Below, in pieces: positions 17,403-23,415 of a stretch of DNA of 23,415 bases. The stretch is from a virus (lineage: Duplodnaviria; Heunggongvirae; Uroviricota; Caudoviricetes), in the IMG/VR virus record IMGVR_UViG_2690316068_000003. One strand, 5' to 3'. The notes below the pieces were generated by a model. The model was not told where the DNA came from, did no database searches, and worked only from the letters and a program-made list of their open reading frames with translations. The number at the start of each line of letters is the position of its first letter. Positions within the stretch are counted from its first letter, which is position 1. The position numbers and the translations under genes are program-made.

Positions 17403-17423
17403 CCGGTCAGCCAGGCTGACCGG
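17403..17423 (+). other. Perfect 9-bp stem / 3-nt loop hairpin between FII and E
   Basis: CCGGTCAGC-CAG-GCTGACCGG, eight nt after the FII stop. No U-tract follows. Confidence 0.4.
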
Positions 17424-17451
17424 TTAACCCCGATTCAGAAGTGAGAAAACC

Positions 17452-17727
17452 ATGAACAAAGAAAATGTCATTACCCTGGAAAATCCGGTCAAGCGTGGTG
17501 AGCAGGTCATCGAACAGGTCACGCTGATGAAACCCAGTGCCGGGACGCTGCGCGGTGTCAGTCTGGCTGCGGTCGCGAACTCCGAAGTCGATGCACTGAT
17601 TAAGGTGCTGCCGCGCATGACGGCACCGATGCTGACCGAGCAGGAAGTCGCCGCGCTGGAACTGCCTGACCTTGTGGCGCTGGCCGGTAAGGTGGTCGGT
17701 TTTTTGTCGCCGAACTCGGTGCAGTGA
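17452..17727 (+). CDS. E: Tail assembly chaperone, P2 gpE-like, 91 aa
   Basis: ATG 17452, stop TGA at 17725-17727. P2 order and length. Confidence 0.9.
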   Translation: MNKENVITLENPVKRGEQVIEQVTLMKPSAGTLRGVSLAAVANSEVDALIKVLPRMTAPMLTEQEVAALELPDLVALAGKVVGFLSPNSVQ

Positions 17728-17879
17728 CGTTCCCGAAAAACCTGTCGGTCGATGACCTGATGGCGGATGTGGCAGTGATATTTCACTGGCCGCCATCAGA
17801 ACTGTATCCCATGAGTCTGACCGAACTCATCACATGGCGCGAAAAGGCGCTCCGGCGAAGCGGAAACACGAATGAGTGA
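17452..17879 (+). CDS. E+E': Tail assembly chaperone fusion E+E' made by programmed -1 ribosomal frameshift (about 142 aa)
   Basis: Slippery heptamer T_TTT_TTG at 17700-17706 in the E frame. The -1 frame is then open to TGA at 17877-17879 and overlaps the T start. Same arrangement as the lambda G/GT and P2 E/E' genes. Confidence 0.75.
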
Positions 17880-20319
17880 CAATGTAAAATTACAGGTATT
17901 GCTCAGGGCTGTTGACCAGGCATCCCGCCCGTTTAAATCCATCCGCACAGCGAGCAAATCGCTGTCGGGGGATATCCGGGAAACACAAAAATCACTGCGC
18001 GAGCTGAACGGTCAGGCATCCCGTATTGAGGGATTCCGCAAGACCAGTGCACAGCTCGCCGTGACTGGTCATGCACTTGAAAAGGCACGGCAGGAGGCCG
18101 AAGCCCTTGCCACACAGTTTAAAAACACCGAACGTCCGACACGTGCTCAGGCGAAGGTGCTGGAATCCGCGAAGCGTGCGGCAGAGGACTTACAGGCGAA
18201 ATATAACCGCCTGACGGATTCCGTTAAACGCCAGCAGCGGGAACTGGCCGTTGTGGGAATTAATACCCGCAATCTTGCACATGATGAGCAGGGACTGAAA
18301 AACCGTATCAGTGAAACCACCGCCCAGCTTAACCGGCAGCGTGACGCGCTGGCGCGTGTCAGTGCACAACAGGCAAAACTTAACGCAGTCAAACAGCGTT
18401 ATCAGGCCGGAAAGGAACTGGCTGGAAATATGGCCTCAGTTGGCGCTGCCGGTGTGGGGATTGCGGCGGCGGGAACGATGGCCGGTGTTAAGCTGTTGAT
18501 GCCCGGTTATGAGTTTGCGCAGAAAAACTCAGAATTGCAGGCCGTGCTAGGTGTGGCAAAAGACTCCGCCGAAATGGCCGCGCTCCGCAAGCAGGCGCGC
18601 CAGCTCGGCGATAATACCGCCGCCTCGGCGGATGATGCAGCCGGTGCGCAGATTATCATTGCGAAAGCCGGCGGGAATGTTGATGCCATTCAGGCGGCAA
18701 CGCCGGTCACGCTGAATATGGCGCTGGCGAACCGTCGCACGATGGAAGAAAACGCCGCCCTGTTGATGGGGATGAAATCCGCCTTTCAGCTTTCAAACGA
18801 TAAGGTCGCTCATATCGGGGATGTTCTCTCCATGACGATGAACAAAACCGCCGCCGATTTTGACGGCATGAGCGATGCGCTGACCTATGCCGCACCTGTG
18901 GCAAAAAATGCCGGTGTCAGCATTGAAGAAACCGCCGCAATGGTCGGGGCGCTGCATGATGCAAAAATTACCGGTTCAATGGCGGGGACGGGAAGCCGTG
19001 CCGTGTTAAGCCGCCTGCAGGCACCGACGGGAAAAGCATGGGATGCACTGAAAGAGCTTGGTGTGAAAACCTCAGACAGCAAGGGAAACACCCGACCAAT
19101 ATTTACCATTCTGAAAGAAATGCAGGCCAGTTTTGAGAAAAACCGGCTCGGTACTGCCCAGCAGGCTGAATACATGAAAACCATTTTCGGGGAGGAGGCC
19201 AGCTCAGCCGCCGCCGTGCTGATGACTGCCGCCTCAACCGGAAAGCTGGACAAACTGACCGCTGCGTTTAAAGCCTCAGACGGGAAGACCGCCGAGCTGG
19301 TAAATATCATGCAGGACAACCTCGGCGGTGACTTTAAGGAGTTTCAGTCCGCTTATGAGGCGGTGGGGACAGACCTGTTTGACCAGCAGGAAGGCGCACT
19401 GCGTAAACTCACTCAGACGGCCACAAAGTATGTGTTAAAACTCGACGGCTGGATCCAGAAAAACAAATCACTGGCGTCAACCATCGGCCTCATTGTCGGT
19501 GGCGCGCTGGCGCTTACTGGCATCATCGGTGCCATTGGTCTTGTAGCCTGGCCGGTTATCACCGGCATCAATGCCATTATCGCGGCAGCAGGCGCAATGG
19601 GAGCAATCTTCACGACGGTTGGCAGTGCTGTTATGACGGCCATCGGGGCGATTAGCTGGCCGGTTGTGGCCGTGGTGGCCGCCATTGTCGCCGGGGCGTT
19701 ACTTATCCGTAAATACTGGGAGCCTGTCAGCGCATTCTTTGGCGGTGTGGTTGAAGGGCTGAAAGCGGCATTTGCGCCGGTGGGGGAACTGTTCACGCCA
19801 CTTAAGCCGGTGTTTGACTGGCTGGGCGAAAAGTTACAGGCCGCGTGGCAGTGGTTTAAAAACCTGATTGCCCCGGTCAAAGCCACCCGGGACATCCTGA
19901 ACCGTTGCCGTGATACGGGCGTCATGTTCGGGCAGGCACTGGCTGACGCGTTGATGCTGCCGCTTAATGCGTTCAACAAACTGCGCAGCGGTATTGACTG
20001 GGTACTGGAAAAACTTGGTGTTATCAACAAAGAGTCAGGCACGCTTGACCAGACCGCCGCCAGAACTCATGCCGCCACGTATGGCACCGGTGGTTATATT
20101 CCGGCGACCAGCTCTTATGCAGGCTATCAGGCTTATCAGCCGGTTACGGCACCGGCTGGCCGCTCTTATGTGGACCAGAGTAAAAACGAATATCACATCA
20201 GTCTGACGGGCGGTACTGCGCCGGGGACTCAGCTCGACCGCCAGTTACAGGATGCGCTCGAAAAATACGAGCGGGATAAACGTGCGCGCGCCCGTGCCAG
20301 CATGATGCATGACGGTTAA
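17872..20319 (+). CDS. T: Tail tape measure protein, P2 gpT-like, 815 aa
   Basis: Largest tail gene, lying after the chaperone pair. Coiled-coil N-terminal half and a hydrophobic Gly/Ala-rich segment. P2 length. Confidence 0.92.
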   Translation: MSDNVKLQVLLRAVDQASRPFKSIRTASKSLSGDIRETQKSLRELNGQASRIEGFRKTSAQLAVTGHALEKARQEAEALATQFKNTERPTRAQAKVLESAKRAAEDLQAKYNRLTDSVKRQQRELAVVGINTRNLAHDEQGLKNRISETTAQLNRQRDALARVSAQQAKLNAVKQRYQAGKELAGNMASVGAAGVGIAAAGTMAGVKLLMPGYEFAQKNSELQAVLGVAKDSAEMAALRKQARQLGDNTAASADDAAGAQIIIAKAGGNVDAIQAATPVTLNMALANRRTMEENAALLMGMKSAFQLSNDKVAHIGDVLSMTMNKTAADFDGMSDALTYAAPVAKNAGVSIEETAAMVGALHDAKITGSMAGTGSRAVLSRLQAPTGKAWDALKELGVKTSDSKGNTRPIFTILKEMQASFEKNRLGTAQQAEYMKTIFGEEASSAAAVLMTAASTGKLDKLTAAFKASDGKTAELVNIMQDNLGGDFKEFQSAYEAVGTDLFDQQEGALRKLTQTATKYVLKLDGWIQKNKSLASTIGLIVGGALALTGIIGAIGLVAWPVITGINAIIAAAGAMGAIFTTVGSAVMTAIGAISWPVVAVVAAIVAGALLIRKYWEPVSAFFGGVVEGLKAAFAPVGELFTPLKPVFDWLGEKLQAAWQWFKNLIAPVKATRDILNRCRDTGVMFGQALADALMLPLNAFNKLRSGIDWVLEKLGVINKESGTLDQTAARTHAATYGTGGYIPATSSYAGYQAYQPVTAPAGRSYVDQSKNEYHISLTGGTAPGTQLDRQLQDALEKYERDKRARARASMMHDG

Positions 20320-20333
20320 GGAGGTGACGAAAA

Positions 20334-20813
20334 ATGATGCTTGCGTTAGGTATGTTTGTTTTTATGCGCCAGACGCTGCCACACCAGACCATGCAGCGTG
20401 AATCAGATTATCGCTGGCCGTCAAATTCCCGTATCGGTAAACGGGATGCCTTTCAGTTTCTCGGTGTTGGCGAGGAAAACATCACGCTTGCCGGCGTGCT
20501 TTATCCCGAACTGACCGGCGGAAAGCTGACGATGACCACGCTCAGGCTGATGGCAGAGGAAGGTCGGGCGTGGCCGTTACTGGATGGCACCGGCATGATT
20601 TACGGCATGTATGTCATCAGCAGGGTGAATGAAACAGGGAGTATTTTCTTTGCAGATGGCACACCCCGGAAAATTGATTTTACGCTGTCGCTCACCCGCG
20701 TTGATGAATCACTGGCCGCGCTTTATGGCGATATCGGTAAACAGGCGGAATCGCTCATCGGTAAGGCTGGCAGTATGGCGACTAAATTCACGGGTATGAC
20801 GGGGGCGGGATAA
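20334..20813 (+). CDS. U: Tail protein, P2 gpU-like, 159 aa
   Basis: P2 order and length. Stop overlaps the D start (TAATG). Confidence 0.9.
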   Translation: MMLALGMFVFMRQTLPHQTMQRESDYRWPSNSRIGKRDAFQFLGVGEENITLAGVLYPELTGGKLTMTTLRLMAEEGRAWPLLDGTGMIYGMYVISRVNETGSIFFADGTPRKIDFTLSLTRVDESLAALYGDIGKQAESLIGKAGSMATKFTGMTGAG

Positions 20814-21976
20814 TGCTGGATGCGCTGACATTTGATGCAGGCAGTACGCTGACGCCGGATTACATGCTGATGCTCGACAGCAGGGATATTACCGGCAATA
20901 TCAGTGACCGTCTGATGAGCATGACCCTGACGGATAACCGGGGCTTTGAGGCTGACCAGCTTGATATTGAACTGAACGATGCCGACGGGCAGGTCGGGCT
21001 GCCGGTTCGTGGCGCTGTCCTGACGGTGTATATCGGCTGGAAAGGTTTTGCCCTGGTATGCAAAGGGAAATTCACCGTTGATGAGGTTGAACACCGGGGC
21101 GCACCGGATGTGGTTACCATCCGCGCCCGGAGTGCAGATTTCCGCGGGACGCTCAATTCCCGCCGTGAAGGTTCCTGGCATGACACCACGCTCGGTGCGA
21201 TTGTTGAGGCGATAGCCTCCCGTAACAGGCTGGAAGCCAGTGTCGCTCCGTCACTGGCCGGAATTAAAATCCCGCACATCGACCAGTCGCAGGAGTCTGA
21301 TGCGAAATTCCTGACCCGTCTTGCAGAACGCAACGGCGGTGAGGTGTCGGTAAAAATGGGAAAACTGTTGTTTCTCAAAGCGGGGCAGGGGGTGACGGCC
21401 AGCGGTAAAAAAATCCCGCAGGTCACCATCACCCGCAGCGACGGCGACCGTCATCATTTTGCGATTGCTGACCGTGGAGCCTATACCGGCGTTACGGCAA
21501 AGTGGTTACACACCAAAGACCCGAAGCCACAAAAGCAGAAGGTAAAACTGAAACGCAAAAAGAAAGAAAAACACCTGCGCGCACTGGAGCACCCGAAAGC
21601 AAAACCGGTCACGCAGAAGAAAGCGCCAAAAGTACCGGAAGCGCGCGAAGGTGAATACATGGCCGGTGAGGCTGACAACGTTTTTGCACTGACCACGGTA
21701 TATGCCACGAAAGCACAGGCCATGCGCGCCGCTCAGGCGAAGTGGGATAAACTGCAACGGGGTGTAGCGGAGTTCTCCATCAGTCTGGCTACTGGTCGGG
21801 CAGATATTTACACGGAAACGCCGGTCAAAGTGTCAGGCTTTAAGCGCGTCATAGACGAGCAGGACTGGACAATCACTAAGGTGACACATTTTCTGAATAA
21901 TAGCGGCTTCACGACGTCCTTGGAGCTTGAGGTCAGGCTTTCTGATGTGGAGTACGAAACCGAAGATGATGAGTGA
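20813..21976 (+). CDS. D: Tail protein / late control protein, P2 gpD-like, 387 aa
   Basis: P2 order and length. Contains a lysine-rich low-complexity linker. Confidence 0.92.
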   Translation: MLDALTFDAGSTLTPDYMLMLDSRDITGNISDRLMSMTLTDNRGFEADQLDIELNDADGQVGLPVRGAVLTVYIGWKGFALVCKGKFTVDEVEHRGAPDVVTIRARSADFRGTLNSRREGSWHDTTLGAIVEAIASRNRLEASVAPSLAGIKIPHIDQSQESDAKFLTRLAERNGGEVSVKMGKLLFLKAGQGVTASGKKIPQVTITRSDGDRHHFAIADRGAYTGVTAKWLHTKDPKPQKQKVKLKRKKKEKHLRALEHPKAKPVTQKKAPKVPEAREGEYMAGEADNVFALTTVYATKAQAMRAAQAKWDKLQRGVAEFSISLATGRADIYTETPVKVSGFKRVIDEQDWTITKVTHFLNNSGFTTSLELEVRLSDVEYETEDDE

Positions 21977-21994
21977 TGTTTTTGTTTTATCTGT

Positions 21995-22023
21995 TTGTTT
22001 TATAAGAATAAATTAACTAAAAT
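21995..22023 (+). promoter_or_regulatory. Putative sigma70 promoter of ogr
   Basis: TTGTTT at 21995-22000, a 17-bp spacer, then TAAAAT at 22018-22023. RBS GAAGAGG at 22042-22049 precedes ATG 22058. Called by eye. Confidence 0.3.
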
Positions 22024-22057
22024 GGCACCATCAACAAAACCGGAAGAGGTGCTCGCG

Positions 22058-22276
22058 ATGTTTCATTGTCCTTTATGCCAGCATGCCGCACATGCGCGTA
22101 CAAGTCGCTATATCACTGACACGACAAAAGAGCGTTATCACCAGTGCCAGAACGTGAATTGCAGCGCCACGTTCATCACTTATGAGTCGGTACAGCGATA
22201 CATCGTGAAGCCGGGAGAAGTCCACGCCGTAAGGCCGCACCCGTTGCCGTCAGGGCAGCAAATTATGTGGATGTGA
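22058..22276 (+). CDS. ogr: Late-gene transcriptional activator Ogr (Cys4 zinc-finger protein), 72 aa
   Basis: MFHCPLCQHAAHARTSRYITDTTKERYHQCQNVNCSATF... matches P2 Ogr as I recall it, with CxxC...CxxxxC zinc ligands. The track ORF is extended upstream; the true start is ATG 22058. Confidence 0.93.
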   Translation: MFHCPLCQHAAHARTSRYITDTTKERYHQCQNVNCSATFITYESVQRYIVKPGEVHAVRPHPLPSGQQIMWM

Positions 22277-22286
22277 TCACAAAAAT

Positions 22287-22314
22287 AGCCCCTCAGTTGA
22301 GGGGCTTTATTTAT
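22287..22314 (+). terminator. Rho-independent terminator after ogr
   Basis: AGCCCCTC (22287-22294), loop AGTT, GAGGGGCT (22299-22306), then TTATTTAT. Confidence 0.65.
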
Positions 22315-22319
22315 GGTCG

Positions 22320-22338
22320 ATGTGGACGCTATGTGGAC
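22320..22338 (+). repeat. Two direct repeats ATGTGGAC spaced 11 bp apart; candidate integrase arm-type binding sites of the att arm
   Basis: ATGTGGAC at 22320-22327 and 22331-22338, the second extending to TGTGGACA. This resembles the P2 Int arm-site consensus as I recall it (TGTGGACA). Lies between ogr and the chromosomal junction, where P2 attP sits. Confidence 0.4.
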
Positions 22339-22344
22339 AGTGCT

Positions 22345-22366
22345 TGATATAAATCCATTTATATCA
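22345..22366. repeat. Perfect 10-bp inverted repeat with a 2-bp spacer (22-bp AT-rich palindrome)
   Basis: TGATATAAAT-CC-ATTTATATCA. The palindrome is read directly from the sequence; its function (core-type Int, Cox or IHF-type site) is inferred. Confidence 0.5.
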
Positions 22367-22404
22367 TCAGGTTAGGTGCTTTTTTATGACACCATCCCTG
22401 TCTT

Positions 22405-22431
22405 CCCCCACATGATGTGGGGGTTTTTTTT
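22405..22431 (+). terminator. Strong rho-independent terminator, probably the cpxP/CpxQ 3' terminator at the prophage-chromosome junction
   Basis: CCCCCACAT (22405-22413), G, ATGTGGGGG (22415-22423), then eight T. Lies 82 bp upstream of fieF, matching my recollection of the native cpxP-fieF spacing. Confidence 0.7.
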
Positions 22432-22512
22432 ATCCTCAATTTGCCTGCTGCTTAATGCATTGCAGATGATTTGCTTCCGTTATACTACCGTCAGTTGATA
22501 GCGGGAGTATTT

Positions 22513-23415
22513 ATGAATCAATCTTATGGACGGCTGGTCAGTCGGGCGGCGATTGCTGCGACGGCGATGGCTTCGCTGCTATTGCTGATTAAAATTTTTG
22601 CATGGTGGTATACCGGGTCGGTGAGTATTCTCGCCGCGCTGGTGGATTCGCTGGTGGATATCGGCGCGTCGTTGACGAATTTACTGGTGGTGCGATATTC
22701 CCTGCAACCTGCCGACGATAATCACTCGTTTGGTCACGGTAAAGCTGAGTCCCTCGCGGCGCTGGCGCAAAGTATGTTTATCTCCGGTTCGGCACTATTC
22801 CTGTTTTTGACGGGTATTCAACATCTGGTATCTCCAACACCGATGACAGATCCAGGCGTCGGGGTTATCGTGACAATTGTGGCGCTAATTTGTACGATTA
22901 TCCTTGTCTCGTTTCAGCGTTGGGTGGTGCGCCGGACGCAAAGCCAGGCGGTGCGGGCTGATATGCTACATTACCAGTCTGATGTTATGATGAACGGCGC
23001 AATTCTGCTGGCGCTGGGGTTGTCCTGGTACGGCTGGCATCGCGCCGATGCTCTGTTTGCATTGGGGATCGGCATCTATATTTTATATAGCGCGTTACGC
23101 ATGGGATATGAGGCGGTACAGTCATTACTGGATCGCGCATTGCCTGATGAGGAACGGCAAGAAATTATTGATATCGTGACTTCCTGGCCGGGTGTTAGCG
23201 GCGCTCACGATCTTCGCACGCGGCAGTCAGGGCCGACCCGCTTTATTCAGATTCATTTGGAAATGGAAGACTCTCTGCCTTTGGTTCAGGCACATATGGT
23301 GGCGGATCAGGTAGAGCAGGCTATTTTACGGCGTTTTCCGGGATCGGATGTGATTATCCATCAGGACCCCTGTTCCGTCGTACCCAGGGAGGGTAAACGG
23401 TCTATGCTTTCATAA
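22513..23415 (+). CDS. fieF: Cation-diffusion-facilitator family Fe(II)/Zn(II) efflux transporter FieF (YiiP), 300 aa, chromosomal
   Basis: [54 protein letters not shown]... matches E. coli FieF as recalled. The track ORF begins at an upstream TTG; the true start is ATG 22513. Typical chromosomal composition. Confidence 0.93.
   Translation: MNQSYGRLVSRAAIAATAMASLLLLIKIFAWWYTGSVSILAALVDSLVDIGASLTNLLVVRYSLQPADDNHSFGHGKAESLAALAQSMFISGSALFLFLTGIQHLVSPTPMTDPGVGVIVTIVALICTIILVSFQRWVVRRTQSQAVRADMLHYQSDVMMNGAILLALGLSWYGWHRADALFALGIGIYILYSALRMGYEAVQSLLDRALPDEERQEIIDIVTSWPGVSGAHDLRTRQSGPTRFIQIHLEMEDSLPLVQAHMVADQVEQAILRRFPGSDVIIHQDPCSVVPREGKRSMLS

Larger units (their letters stand above)
1..22431. mobile_element. 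P2-like prophage, late-gene half plus right attachment junction; the integrase/early side lies outside the window
   Basis: Continuous P2-order gene set with P2-like protein lengths. Phage-type sequence ends between the ogr terminator and fieF; the exact right boundary is uncertain, somewhere in about 22340-22431. Confidence 0.9.

Noticed and set aside
223-21432. Many long ORFs in the track that overlap the P2-like genes on the opposite strand or out of frame (for example 223-681 +, 504-983 -, 1331-1807 -, 2100-2810 +, 5148-5747 -, 11196-11906 -, 19413-20042 -, 20723-21181 -, 20860-21432 -).
   Set aside because: The backbone is about 60% GC, which suppresses stop codons in non-coding frames. 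None has a convincing RBS, and each is fully overlapped by a gene supported by P2 order, length and sequence. Several begin with TTG or GTG in the track.
22277-22512. The P2 attP/attB core (AAAAAATAAGCCCGTGTAAGGGAGATT, as recalled) or a tRNA/tmRNA gene at the junction.
   Set aside because: No match to that core and no tRNA-like cloverleaf is visible in the interval. The junction instead looks like the cpxP 3' region, so this is not a P2 locI-type or tRNA-type site.

Overview
This window is the late-gene (morphogenesis and lysis) half of a P2-like prophage, ending in its right attachment junction next to the chromosomal gene fieF, which points to an Escherichia/enterobacterial host. Gene order, sizes and several protein sequences match phage P2 as I recall it (Q-P / O-N-M-L-X-Y-K-lysA-lysB-lysC-R-S / V-W-J-I-H-G / FI-FII-E-E'-T-U-D / ogr); no alignment could be run. 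Nothing is shared with P2 beyond memory-based identification, so all homology statements are unverified. The backbone is GC-rich (about 60% on sampled lines), but a lower-GC block runs from the distal half of tail-fibre gene H through the 5' part of G and the whole G-FI gap. The most interesting element is in that gap, which is the P2 Z/fun accessory position: one AT-rich ORF (14751-15344) encoding a 197-aa membrane-anchored protein I do not recognise, with its own putative promoter and terminator. I flag it as a candidate single-gene phage-exclusion or defence module. Other points worth a second look are the in-frame 132-bp tandem repeats in H, the E/E' frameshift site, the embedded lysC gene, and the att junction, where Int arm-type-like direct repeats and a 22-bp palindrome precede a terminator that I believe is the 3' end of cpxP (CpxQ). 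Coordinates were checked by hand against the numbered sequence.
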